NCBI GenBank assembly: GCA_964484515.1
Contig: CAZAGT010000006.1
Coordinates: 1 to 40,557 of the forward strand
From: an uncultured Desulfobacteraceae bacterium
GTDB lineage: Bacteria > Desulfobacterota > DSM-4660 > Desulfatiglandales > HGW-15
Length of the DNA: 40,557 bases
Direction: 5' to 3'
Shown here: positions 16,586-26,086 of the stretch, piece by piece
How the letters are laid out: each line of letters begins with the position of its first letter
Position numbering within the stretch: the first letter of the stretch is position 1
Translations under genes and position numbers: made by a program
The notes under the pieces: model-generated
Seen by the model: only the letters and a program-made list of their open reading frames with translations
The model's database searches: none
What the model was told of the DNA's origin: nothing

Positions 16586-17494
16586 TCAAGGTCTCGGGTG
16601 GTGCTCTTCGTGTACCTTTTTAAGTTTCTCTCTACTTACGTGAGTGTATATCTGGGTCGTTGAGATGTCGGCATGTCCCAACATGGCCTGCACCGCCCTG
16701 AGATCTGCCCCACAATCCAGAAGATGACTTGCAAAGGAATGCCTCAAGATATGGGGCGTGATGTCCTTCTGGATCTTCGCCTGCTGGCCGTACCGTTTGA
16801 TCATCTTCCAGAACCCTTGCCTCGAGAGGGGCTTACCCCTCGGGTTGAGGAAGAGAAACGATGAGGTCCCGCTCCTAAGGAGGCGAGGCCGCCCATCCAA
16901 TAGATAGCGGTTCAAGGCCTCCAGGGCCTTAGCGCCGATGGGGACCATCCGCTCCTTGGACCCCTTGCCGATCGTCCTCAGATAACCGGCCTCCAGGTTG
17001 ACACTGCTGACACGAAGAGCGACAAGCTCCGATACCCTCAAACCGGTCGCATAGAGGAGCTCGAGCATGGCCCTGTCCCTCAGGCCGCGATGTTGGGCCG
17101 TGTCGGGCTGTGCTAGCAATCGCTCCACCTCAGACGGCGCCAGGACTCCGGGCAGTCGAAGGGGGACCTTGGGCATACTCAAGAGTCTAGCCGGGTTTGA
17201 CGTCGTTTTGCCATCGGAGACGAGGAATCGAAAAAACACCTTTAAGGTAGAGAGGTTTCGCGCACAACTTCTAAGCGACAGGGAAGTGCCCAGAAGAGCC
17301 AGGTACTCGTTGAGGGCCTCCGGCGTCACGGCCAGTGGCGAGAGTTCCTTCCTGTCTAAAAACTGGAAGAACCTTGACAGGTCAAGGTTGTAGGCCTCAA
17401 TCGTGTTGTCTGAGAGGCCTTTTTCGATCCTCAGGTAACTGATGAATTCATCGGCTAAGATGTCCCTATCGAACCGGTCCGTTAGAGCGTTCAT
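16586..17494 (-). CDS. xerD: Tyrosine recombinase XerD (XerC/D family)
   Basis: 302 aa. The N-terminal SAM-like domain contains LSDNTIEAYNLDLSRF. Catalytic blocks are ATGLRVSEL, HILRHSFASHLL and TTQIYTHV. Confidence 0.8.
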   Translation of the reverse strand: MNALTDRFDRDILADEFISYLRIEKGLSDNTIEAYNLDLSRFFQFLDRKELSPLAVTPEALNEYLALLGTSLSLRSCARNLSTLKVFFRFLVSDGKTTSNPARLLSMPKVPLRLPGVLAPSEVERLLAQPDTAQHRGLRDRAMLELLYATGLRVSELVALRVSSVNLEAGYLRTIGKGSKERMVPIGAKALEALNRYLLDGRPRLLRSGTSSFLFLNPRGKPLSRQGFWKMIKRYGQQAKIQKDITPHILRHSFASHLLDCGADLRAVQAMLGHADISTTQIYTHVSREKLKKVHEEHHPRP

Positions 17495-17497
17495 ATT

Positions 17498-18613
17498 TCA
17501 GAAGTCGTAGAAGTGATCGGCCGTCGTCAGGATCCGAGGCCCTTTCTTTTCGATCACGACCATCTCCTCGAGCCGGACGCCCCCTTTGCCGGGGATATAG
17601 ATCCCAGGCTCAACCGTGACCACCATTCCGTTCTCAAGTGAGACGGGCCTGCGGGGGCCGAGCCTTGGCGCTTCATGGGTGGCGAGTCCGACCCCATGTC
17701 CCAGGGAGTGGCTGAAGTATTCGCCAAACCCGGCGTCTTTGATGATCTTTCTTGCGGTGCGATCTGGAACCGTGCTCTTGGTACCCGGGAGGACCTTGGA
17801 CAGGGCGGTCAGTTGGGCCTCGCGTACAACGCGGTAGATCTCCTTCAAAAGAGGCGGGGGAGGACCCAGAAAGACTGTTCTGGTCATATCGCAGCAATAC
17901 CCATCGAGTCGCAGGCCGACGTCCAGGGTCACGGGTTCCTTGGGGCGGATCTTGCGGGGGGTCGGGACTGCATGGGGGAGCGCGCTGTTGGGACCGGAAG
18001 CGACGATCGATGGAAAGGCTAGTCCGTCGGCACCGGCCTCACGCACGAGGCGTTCAATCCGCCACGTGATCTCCAATTCGGTCCGTCCCGGCTCGAGGGT
18101 CCGGATGACCTCATCCAGGATCTCAGACATCAATCGGGCAGAGGCGGCCATCTTCCTGATCTCAGAACGGTCTTTCACCTCTCTCATCGTGCTCACCAGG
18201 CCCTTCAGGGGCGTAAGGCGAACAGGCGGGGACCCTTTTTTCAGGGCCTTGGCAAGGCGCCGATGAAGGTCCCAGACCAGGTGGTCTTCTTCAAATCCGA
18301 GGTTCCTGGTCCCCAGTCGCGACAATAGGTCAGGCAGGCCCTCGACGATGCCCTCCTTCAAGGTGATGATTTCGTACTCGAGGGCCTCCTTTTGAGCCTC
18401 AGTCGTATAGCGGCCGTCCGTGAGCAGGAGGGCCTCGGTCTTGTTGACCAGCAGAGACCCGGAAGATTCCGTGAGCTGCCCGTCCTCCGCCTTGAATCCC
18501 GACAGATAGCGTCGGTTCTCAGGCTGAATGATCCACAGTGTGTCGGGGCGGATCTTGGCAAGTCTGACCCGGAGTGCCCTGATGCGTTCCTGAAAGCGGG
18601 TTTTTTTCATCAT
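17498..18613 (-). CDS. M24-family Xaa-Pro aminopeptidase/dipeptidase
   Basis: 371 aa. Metal-ligand blocks typical of M24B are present (DVGLRLDGYCCDMTRT, HSLGHGVGLATHE, VTVEPGIY, RLEEMV). The stop is 3 nt before the xerD start. Confidence 0.8.
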   Translation of the reverse strand: MMKKTRFQERIRALRVRLAKIRPDTLWIIQPENRRYLSGFKAEDGQLTESSGSLLVNKTEALLLTDGRYTTEAQKEALEYEIITLKEGIVEGLPDLLSRLGTRNLGFEEDHLVWDLHRRLAKALKKGSPPVRLTPLKGLVSTMREVKDRSEIRKMAASARLMSEILDEVIRTLEPGRTELEITWRIERLVREAGADGLAFPSIVASGPNSALPHAVPTPRKIRPKEPVTLDVGLRLDGYCCDMTRTVFLGPPPPLLKEIYRVVREAQLTALSKVLPGTKSTVPDRTARKIIKDAGFGEYFSHSLGHGVGLATHEAPRLGPRRPVSLENGMVVTVEPGIYIPGKGGVRLEEMVVIEKKGPRILTTADHFYDF

Positions 18614-18730
18614 CTTCCTCCGATTGAGGGAAGCTCGTGGGGTAGGTTGAGGGCGGGAGAGAGTGCGACACCGCAGATGAGAGGCCGAAGGGCACGCGGA
18701 TCCTCAATCACGTGAGGCAGTCGACATCTT

Positions 18731-18759
18731 CAATATAACAGAAGGGCAGCGCTTTTTCA
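18731..18759 (-). promoter_or_regulatory. Candidate sigma-70 promoter for the pepP-xerD unit
   Basis: The minus strand reads TTGAAA, 17 nt, TATATT, about 115 nt upstream of ATG 18613. Confidence 0.4.
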
Positions 18760-18896
18760 ATGCTCGTGCAGGCGTCCCTTCATGAGGTCAATGAAAGCGC
18801 TTTTCTTCAGGGCTTCAGCTTTCGCAACGTTTAAAAGCGAAGTCGATGATTCTATGCGGAAATACGGAGGGAATACCGTTGCGCCCAAGGATTCGA

Positions 18897-19817
18897 CTAA
18901 AAGCGGACGCTCAGCGCAAGCCCGACATGTCCCTCTCGGCTCATCAGGAGATTGAGGTTGAAGCGATCAGGAAGGCCTCGCCGGAAATCCTCTTTGACCT
19001 TGACATTGTATTTGTGGGCACTGCTGATGGCGCTATAGATGTTACCGCTATAAAAACCTAAACCTACGAATCCGAGAATGCCCCCGAGGACTTCATGGCC
19101 CTCGTTGAAGGCCTCCACCGTGGCCCAGATCAACAGCCCGTTGAGGAGAAAGGATATCAACGCGTCTTTGTACCGATTCGTATAGACATGGCCGAGTCCA
19201 GGTATGAGGGCCAATGCGCCGGCTGCTGCAGGTTCCTTGAAGGATAGCTCCTCGCCCTTCAAACAACTCAAGGCGAGTTCTTTGGCACTGGGATAGAGCG
19301 GACTCTTTTCCTCCACTCCTTTGAACACCTTCGATGCTTCCCGCCAGCGTTCCGCTTGCAGGCGGGTCCAGCCGAGCCGATAGCGCGCCGCGTTCGCGAG
19401 CGAGGACTGCGGATAGGCGTCGATGACCTTCTTGAAATAGCGTCCGGCCTCCCCGGGAAGTCCCTGCTGATAATACGTCTCACCGATCAAAAGAAGGGCA
19501 TTTCCTCCTAGTGCCTCGGCACGATGTCGCTTGTAGACCGTTTCAAAGGCTGCGCGCGAGGACTCATAGGATTTGGCCTTCAGGTAGCAAAGACCGATGA
19601 GGTAACGAGCCCGCGGTACCCTCTTGTCCTTGGGAAAAAAGTGGATGAACCGCTCAAATTCCGTGACAGCGCGGACATACTCTCCCTTCCGCATGGTTTC
19701 AAGGGCATACTGAAACTGCTTTTCGCTGTCGATGAGAATCTGCGCTGAAAAAAGGTTGGTCGGGAGTAAAAGGGATACGAGAAGCAAGAATGGTAGAAAG
19801 CCGTGATGCTTAGACAT
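18897..19817 (-). CDS. TPR-repeat protein with signal peptide and C-terminal membrane segments
   Basis: ORF-track 18897..19934 trimmed to ATG 19817 (MSKHHGFLPFLLLVSLLL...). YbgF-like TPR repeats are followed by two hydrophobic helices near the C-terminus. Confidence 0.65.
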   Translation of the reverse strand: MSKHHGFLPFLLLVSLLLPTNLFSAQILIDSEKQFQYALETMRKGEYVRAVTEFERFIHFFPKDKRVPRARYLIGLCYLKAKSYESSRAAFETVYKRHRAEALGGNALLLIGETYYQQGLPGEAGRYFKKVIDAYPQSSLANAARYRLGWTRLQAERWREASKVFKGVEEKSPLYPSAKELALSCLKGEELSFKEPAAAGALALIPGLGHVYTNRYKDALISFLLNGLLIWATVEAFNEGHEVLGGILGFVGLGFYSGNIYSAISSAHKYNVKVKEDFRRGLPDRFNLNLLMSREGHVGLALSVRF

Positions 19818-20005
19818 GCAGGGCTCTTTCACGAATCTGAGCACGAGCTCAGACAAAATGGTATGGTGGATGGCGGGTAGAAACCCGCGGTCTTCGACCC
19901 TGAGGCTCACACCCGAAGGGAAAACGCCGCACAATGGATAAGGGCTATTTCCCGATGGACACTAATGAACCGGGGGCCATAAGTCAAGCTCCAACAGGGC
20001 GGCTG

Positions 20006-20034
20006 TTGACATCGATTTCACCGGTTGTTACTTA
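20006..20034 (+). promoter_or_regulatory. Candidate sigma-70 promoter for the RNB exoribonuclease gene
   Basis: TTGACA (20006-20011), 17 nt, TACTTA (20029-20034), about 50 nt upstream of ATG 20087. Confidence 0.4.
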
Positions 20035-20086
20035 AACCTGTTACGAATACCCGGGCGCGAACGAAAGCGAACACGTCGTAATCGCT

Positions 20087-22093
20087 ATGACTCAAGGAAG
20101 AATCGTCGAATACATTGATCAGGGAAGCGTCATTTGTGCCGTTTGCCTGCAGGACAAGGGGAATCGACTCGCGCTTCTGACGACCTCCAGCCGCGAAGTC
20201 AATCTATCCGCCAAGCGCGCCCTGCACATCTCCGACCCCACCAAGGGTGTCGATCTCAACAGCTCAAGGCGCGTGTTGCTGAGCAGGTTGAAGGAAACGG
20301 AAGCCCGCAGGGATCGGCTGAAAGAGGCGGTGCAGGTAAAGGAGCTCTGGGAGTTGGTGCGGGATGAGAGTTGCCGTTATGATTTCAAGTACCTGGCTCA
20401 ACTCTGTTTCGGAGAGGCCGTCACGGGTGACGAGATCTCGGCCGTGGTGCGTGCCCTTTTTGAGGACAAGCTCTACTTCAAGCTGAAGGATGGTTATTTT
20501 CTGCCGAACTCGGAGGAGAGAGTCGCCCAGATCCTGAAGGCGCAGGAAGAGGAAGCCCGCTGGGAAGAGATTCTTGTGCGCGGCAGCGTCCTTCTCAAAG
20601 GGGTGCTGAGGAGTGAACACCAGTCGGATCGCCCGCAGGACCCGGTGGCGATCGACCTGCTGAAACAGCTTGCCCTTCACGGCCATGATGCCCCCGACAT
20701 CAAGCGCGGCAAAGAGCTCCTTGCCAGGGCCGGAATCGCCGGTATCGGAGAAGCGCGCAGCCTGCTCGTCAAGCTCGGGGTTTGGGAGGAGGATCAGAAC
20801 CTTGAGCTTCTTCGGCGGGAGATCCCGGTCGAATTCAAGGCGCAGCACCTGGACGCCGCCCGGCAGTTATCCGCCACAAGACCTGTCACCACAGGACGCG
20901 AAGATTTGAGAGCCCTGCCGACGTTTACCATCGACGGCCCCTTGACGCAGGATTTTGACGATGCCCTCAGCTTCGAGGTTGAGGGTGATCTGATGAGTAT
21001 CGGCATTCACATCGCGGATGTGGCCGCCGTGGTACCGCCGGACAGCAGTCTTGACCTGGCGGCTCAGGAGCGGGCGGCCTCATTGTATCTCCCGCGCTGC
21101 CAACTCCCCATGCTTCCCCCCGCCCTCTCGCACGATACCTTGAGTCTGAAGGAGGGGCTAGACAGACCAGCCATCTCCCTCTTGGCCCGCTTCGACCAGG
21201 AGGGAAACCTGCACGACTCCAGATTTGTCGTCAGCCTTGTCAGGATTCAGAGGCAGCTGGCCTATGATCAGGTCAATGCGCACCACCTTGACGAACAGGC
21301 CTTTGAGGCGTTTTACCGACTCAGCTGGCGTCTGCGTCAAAAGAGAATCGACCAGGGAGCCATGATACTCTCGTTGCCGGAAGTATCGATAACGGTGGGC
21401 GGCGAAGGCTCGATTGCCATCGAGCTCCTCGATCAGGAGACGCCTTCACGCCTGATTGTTGGTGAAATGATGGTTTTCCACAACTGGATGGTCGCCCAGT
21501 TCTGCCGGGACAACCGGATTCCGATCCTATACCGGACCCAGGAAGAACCCTCCGAGAGGCTCCTGATCGATCAACAAGGTTATCTCTACTCCATGTTCAG
21601 ACAACTCCGCAAACTCAATCCGCTCTTGATCGATACCAAACCCAAGCCCCACGTTGGTCTGGGTCTCGACGTATATACCAACGTGACGTCGCCCATCAGG
21701 CGGTATCTTGATCTTGTGGTCCAACGTCAACTGGGGAGCTTTCTATTGGGGCATCCACCCGTTTATGATGATGAGGCCCTCGAGAAGATCAGATTGACGG
21801 TTGAGCCCACATTGAGGGATCAGGCGATCGTGAGGCGAAACCGTACTCGTTATTGGATTCAGAGATACCTCCGTCAACGCCTCGGCGAAAGCTATCAGGC
21901 CCTGGTCCTTGACACGATGAGGAACAACTATCGGGTGCTCTTAAAAGATTTCTTGATGGTGACGGAACTGCGGCGGGAGGATGGGTTAGGGCTTATGAAT
22001 GGACAGAACATCATGGTTCGCGTCAAGGCATCGGATCCATGGCTCGACAAGCTCACCCTGGAATATGCCGGGCTGCAGCAAGATCCTTCCTAA
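20087..22093 (+). CDS. RNB-domain 3'-5' exoribonuclease (RNase II/R family)
   Basis: 668 aa. The RNB catalytic motif is FTIDGPLTQDFDDALS, with further RNB blocks (YLPRCQLPMLP, TSPIRRYLDLVVQRQL) and a C-terminal S1-like tail. Confidence 0.8.
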   Translation: MTQGRIVEYIDQGSVICAVCLQDKGNRLALLTTSSREVNLSAKRALHISDPTKGVDLNSSRRVLLSRLKETEARRDRLKEAVQVKELWELVRDESCRYDFKYLAQLCFGEAVTGDEISAVVRALFEDKLYFKLKDGYFLPNSEERVAQILKAQEEEARWEEILVRGSVLLKGVLRSEHQSDRPQDPVAIDLLKQLALHGHDAPDIKRGKELLARAGIAGIGEARSLLVKLGVWEEDQNLELLRREIPVEFKAQHLDAARQLSATRPVTTGREDLRALPTFTIDGPLTQDFDDALSFEVEGDLMSIGIHIADVAAVVPPDSSLDLAAQERAASLYLPRCQLPMLPPALSHDTLSLKEGLDRPAISLLARFDQEGNLHDSRFVVSLVRIQRQLAYDQVNAHHLDEQAFEAFYRLSWRLRQKRIDQGAMILSLPEVSITVGGEGSIAIELLDQETPSRLIVGEMMVFHNWMVAQFCRDNRIPILYRTQEEPSERLLIDQQGYLYSMFRQLRKLNPLLIDTKPKPHVGLGLDVYTNVTSPIRRYLDLVVQRQLGSFLLGHPPVYDDEALEKIRLTVEPTLRDQAIVRRNRTRYWIQRYLRQRLGESYQALVLDTMRNNYRVLLKDFLMVTELRREDGLGLMNGQNIMVRVKASDPWLDKLTLEYAGLQQDPS

Positions 22094-22101
22094 ACGCCCT
22101 A

Positions 22102-23901
22102 CTACGTCCTACGCATTTCTATGACGATCTTTCCCAACAGGAGAGGCCCTTTCTGGATCTTTACCTGTTGGGGGGAGTTCTCCAAGGGCGAGCAGACCTC
22201 CTTGAGCCTGAAGGCCTCACCGGGGTTGAGCTTATGACCGTTGATCGAAAGATGGACCCCGTTTATGCTGTGAAGGTTCGTACGGATGTCCTCAAAGAAG
22301 ATTTCATCGTCCGGCGACAAAGAGACCGCATCGTCGGGTCTCAAAAGGACACGTTTGTGGGAATTGACCCGGAGTAGCAGATAGTCCATCCTCGGGCGGG
22401 TCAACCTCAGGGTGGCCTGCGCGATGGTGCGTTCGTCCTGTGTGGCGACGATCTCGTAGCTCTCTCCGCGTTTGTTTACGGACCAGCGCTCCATGAGCGA
22501 GGTCGCCGTGTCGACCACATACCCTCGATCCTCGCCGGTATTGTTTTCCTCATCACCCACGAATCCCTTCAGGTTGACCTTGATGCCGGCGGAGGCCGGC
22601 GCCGGCGGCCAAACGTCGACGATCTTCATCTTTTCCCCGCAGACCAGGTCCAGGGTTTCGGCGTTGGCGAGCAGGATACGATATCCCATCGCCTCGATCA
22701 CGAAATAGTCCACTTTGATTTCAGGCCGTTGAGTCGCCTTCAGGGTTTGCTGTGGCTGCCGGCTGGAGATGCGGATGGGGATCTCGGCGACCTCATAGTT
22801 GTCCTTGCGGACGACGAGGCTCGTATTCCGATGGATCTCGAAGTTCTTACGGTAATCGTTGAGATCGCCATAGCCGAGAATGTCGAGGCTCAGCCCCCGT
22901 TCGTAGTTGGATTCGATGTGGGTCACATTGATGGAATCTCCCATCTGCACTTCAATGGCCTGGCCTTGCTTGACGACGGTCGGCGAGTTGTCATTGATCG
23001 AAACGACCAGATACTTCAAGGTCGGCGGATCGAGCACCATGGTGGGCGACTCAGGGATGATATCGAAGAGCTGCATGAAGGCATTGATGACCAGGTTGTG
23101 ATACTGGACCTTGAGATCGATCGAGGGCAGGAACTTCGAGGTCTCAACGCCGAAAGCGGGAATATGCCGCGACGTGAGGGCGTAGTAGGTGGCCGATTTT
23201 CGCTGTTCCTTGTGCTTACTGTCTCTATCAGCGGTCCTGGTGTTCATCACACGGAACCGATAAAGCTCGTTCTCGATATGAGGGTTCACTTGGTCGACCA
23301 CGTTCTGAGCGATTTCGTATAAGCTGATCGTCTGGTCGGTGCCGGGGATACGGTACAGCTCGCAGTCGGTGATGATGGATTGGCCGAAGCGCATCGGATT
23401 GCGCCATTTGTTGATGAACTTGGGGTAGTAGTAGCCGGCGCCGTCGTGAAGATTGAGGAGATAGTCGCTTTCGCTGATCAGGTTTTTCAGGATCGTAACG
23501 ATCTTGTCCTCCATGCTGTCGGCGTTGTACTCGCGCGTGAACTTGCGGTTCATATCCCCACCAGGCCCACGCTTGTTGAGGATGATGGAATAGAAGTTCG
23601 CCCGGGGCACCACGATCAGGTTCCCTTTCGCGAGGGTCGTGTCAGCGTAGAGGTCTGCCGAGAGAAAGCCGCCCGGTTCGTTCCCCTGAATGCCGCCGAT
23701 GAGCATGAGGGTCTTGCCGGGGCGCTTTCCGTATATCTTATAGATGTTCAGTTCATAGGCCGTATTCGAGAAATAGACGAGATGTTCTCTTCCTGAGTAG
23801 GCGTTAGGCGGGGAGGCCAAAACGACGAGCAGTCCGACGACCGGGAGCACGTGTCGCGGCCGCAGACCGGAAAATGCTTCACGAAGCATGGGTGACCTCA
23901 A
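22102..23901 (-). CDS. Secreted M14-like zinc carboxypeptidase (Csd4/Pgp1-like, Gln-type zinc site) with three C-terminal beta-repeat domains
   Basis: Signal peptide present. The motif GGIQGNEPGG (Q72-x-x-E75, nt 23677-23688) and LNLHDG (H152) match M14 zinc-ligand spacing, with Gln replacing the first His. The C-terminal ~300 aa consist of three ~100-aa repeats starting YLVVSIND, YFVIEAMG and YLLLRVNS. The start overlaps the upstream gene's stop by 23 nt. Confidence 0.7.
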   Translation of the reverse strand: MRSPMLREAFSGLRPRHVLPVVGLLVVLASPPNAYSGREHLVYFSNTAYELNIYKIYGKRPGKTLMLIGGIQGNEPGGFLSADLYADTTLAKGNLIVVPRANFYSIILNKRGPGGDMNRKFTREYNADSMEDKIVTILKNLISESDYLLNLHDGAGYYYPKFINKWRNPMRFGQSIITDCELYRIPGTDQTISLYEIAQNVVDQVNPHIENELYRFRVMNTRTADRDSKHKEQRKSATYYALTSRHIPAFGVETSKFLPSIDLKVQYHNLVINAFMQLFDIIPESPTMVLDPPTLKYLVVSINDNSPTVVKQGQAIEVQMGDSINVTHIESNYERGLSLDILGYGDLNDYRKNFEIHRNTSLVVRKDNYEVAEIPIRISSRQPQQTLKATQRPEIKVDYFVIEAMGYRILLANAETLDLVCGEKMKIVDVWPPAPASAGIKVNLKGFVGDEENNTGEDRGYVVDTATSLMERWSVNKRGESYEIVATQDERTIAQATLRLTRPRMDYLLLRVNSHKRVLLRPDDAVSLSPDDEIFFEDIRTNLHSINGVHLSINGHKLNPGEAFRLKEVCSPLENSPQQVKIQKGPLLLGKIVIEMRRT

Positions 23902-24709
23902 ATTCTTTCTCCAGGATGAGTTGCCCCGCCTGATTGTATACCAGCACCTTGATGGCGGCGGGAGATTTTTGGTCCGGCGACATATCGAAACGACCGTGGA
24001 TGAGCTTGAAGTTCTTAATAAGAAAGAGTAGCCCGCGCCGGTAGTCAGTCGGAAAACCGTCTTGCAGGGGTTCCCGCGGAGAAGCCCACTCCTTGATCAC
24101 GCCGGTCCGGGTATCGCGGGCAATGATATGGACGTATCCGCCGGTCGGCTCATCACCGGATTGGACGTTGACCAATTTAAATCGAATGGCGACCTGGGAA
24201 TCCTGTTCCTTGATGGACAGATCCTCGATGGCAACATACTCCGGGGGTCTCTGCGGAAATCGCTCCTCTTCCGACACCCCGCCCTGGGCAAACCCGGCGG
24301 GTTGCCCTGCGCTGAGGCTTTCAGGGTCCAGGGGAGGTATTTTCCCCGATGCCTGTGGGTTTTCGAGATTGTGCAAATAATCTTCCAAGAAGCTAATCTT
24401 TTCCTCTGATCGTCGGATAAGCTCTTTGTTCTTGACGGCCGCCTCTTCCTGCTGGCGGATCAGGTCGGTCTGGATGGTCCCTGCAAAACGAAGATCCAAA
24501 TACTTGTTGATGATGTAGATCGATCCGGGCAGATAGATCAGAAAGAATATGGACGTCAGCCAGAGGATCCAGCGCGAAACCCTGAAAGATAGAACCGACC
24601 CGACACGCCTGATAATCATGACGTTCAGCCGGCCCTCCCGTTGAGGCGCTGATCTTGGCGCCGGCCCTACCCGCCCAGGGCCTGCCATTCCTCTTTTCTG
24701 ATCTTCCAA
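23879..24709 (-). CDS. Membrane-anchored coiled-coil protein of unknown function (middle gene of the peptidoglycan-trimming operon)
   Basis: The TTG start at 24709 has GAAGGG 7 nt upstream; alternative ATG starts lie at 24688 and 24619. One TM helix (WILWLTSIFFLIYLPGSIYII) is followed by a coiled-coil-like segment and a C-terminal beta-rich domain. It overlaps both neighbouring genes. Confidence 0.55.
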   Translation of the reverse strand: MEDQKRGMAGPGRVGPAPRSAPQREGRLNVMIIRRVGSVLSFRVSRWILWLTSIFFLIYLPGSIYIINKYLDLRFAGTIQTDLIRQQEEAAVKNKELIRRSEEKISFLEDYLHNLENPQASGKIPPLDPESLSAGQPAGFAQGGVSEEERFPQRPPEYVAIEDLSIKEQDSQVAIRFKLVNVQSGDEPTGGYVHIIARDTRTGVIKEWASPREPLQDGFPTDYRRGLLFLIKNFKLIHGRFDMSPDQKSPAAIKVLVYNQAGQLILEKEFEVTHAS

Positions 24710-26049
24710 TCGTCGCCCTTCTTTACAAGCACGATCTCCTTGAGCCCGTAGTCTCGGTAGCCGTCGGCCCGGTAGTCCTGTTTGAAGCGCACGGTGACCG
24801 AGGCTCGGGTAACCGCAAGAACCTTGAGGTCGCTGATATTGACGTTCACGTTGCGGTATTTCTGGTTCAATCTCTCACGGTGCCTTTCCCACGCTCCCCG
24901 ATCCATCCCGCGTGAGCGGAAATCGGCGGCGTAGCAGGCGATGTACCTGTCGAGATCTTTTTGTTCCCATGCCTCTTTCCACCCGTAGATGAAACGCTCG
25001 ATGCATTCCCGAAACGGGGACGATTCCGGCATCGAGGTCGGCTGAGCCGGCGTAGCCGTCATGAGCCTATCAGACCCCGTGAAGAACTCTGCGTCGATTT
25101 TCCATTCGGTGCTGTTTTGGCGCAGATAGAGTCTCTTGACACCGGTGCTCTCGATGCCGGGGGCACGATAATGTTGATCAAACCTTGCAAGTACCACACC
25201 GTCGTGACTGAGCAGCCTCAAGTTTTTCACTTCCACTCGAATTTCGCTGTAGTTCCTGGCCAGGCGAGCCTTGTATTCTCGAAATTGTTCCCGGTTGCGG
25301 CGACCGGCCGAAAATGTGGTCCCATAGTAGGCCATGTATTGATCGATATCCTCTTGCTCCCAGGCCGCTCGCCATGCCTCAATGACCTCGTTGAGCACCG
25401 CGACACGCCGTTGGCGTTCCGCCGGTGTGATCATTTCGACCTTGGAGGCGATCACCACGGCGGTGTCGTTCAACGTAATGTAACCGGCCAATTCCTCGAT
25501 ATCGCGGTTTTCCAGCACAATGCAGCCGTTTGTATCGTTCGGCTTCAGTGGTTTGTTGGTTCCATGAAACCAGATCCCGTAGCCACCGCGACCTTCCCTA
25601 CTGTCCAGGGGGTTCGGGTAGTCGATCGGAAATGCCCGGACACCGTAGATGGGGGTCAGTTCGCTCTCCACGTGGGATTCGGTGAAGAAATAGATCCCCT
25701 CGGGGGTCTTCCGATCGTTCTGCTGTAACTTGGGCCCGTCGTTTTCGCCGGTTGAACATGGGAACGTCCGGATCGGGGTCAGGAGATTTCCCCGGTGATA
25801 CAGGAATACCTTCTGAGCCGATTTGTCCACGAGGACGGCATAGTCGGAACCGACCGAGGGCCACTTGAGAAGCGCGCCAGGAACGAGCCCGGATTCGGCA
25901 CCTTCCTCAACGGCCGGAGATGCGGACAAAGGATCGCTGCCATGGATCACGACCGCTATGACAAGCAGCAGGGCGGTGAGTACTGATCTATGTGTCAAGA
26001 CGGAATATCCTTTGGCTCTGTTCATGTCCAACAATTGGGCGGCCATCAT
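24667..26049 (-). CDS. L,D-transpeptidase-fold (YkuD) protein with two C-terminal NTF2/SnoaL-like repeats (Csd6/Pgp2-like)
   Basis: Signal/TM segment present. The YkuD catalytic block is GYGIWFHGTNKPLKPNDTNGCIVL (His...Cys). Two ~115-aa repeats follow, each beginning W(R/K)(A/E)AWEQ(E/K)D(I/L)D(Q/R)Y. Confidence 0.75.
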   Translation of the reverse strand: MMAAQLLDMNRAKGYSVLTHRSVLTALLLVIAVVIHGSDPLSASPAVEEGAESGLVPGALLKWPSVGSDYAVLVDKSAQKVFLYHRGNLLTPIRTFPCSTGENDGPKLQQNDRKTPEGIYFFTESHVESELTPIYGVRAFPIDYPNPLDSREGRGGYGIWFHGTNKPLKPNDTNGCIVLENRDIEELAGYITLNDTAVVIASKVEMITPAERQRRVAVLNEVIEAWRAAWEQEDIDQYMAYYGTTFSAGRRNREQFREYKARLARNYSEIRVEVKNLRLLSHDGVVLARFDQHYRAPGIESTGVKRLYLRQNSTEWKIDAEFFTGSDRLMTATPAQPTSMPESSPFRECIERFIYGWKEAWEQKDLDRYIACYAADFRSRGMDRGAWERHRERLNQKYRNVNVNISDLKVLAVTRASVTVRFKQDYRADGYRDYGLKEIVLVKKGDDWKIRKEEWQALGG

Positions 26050-26086
26050 CGGTATTCAAATCATGTCTTGTTCGGCATCGGCGGGC

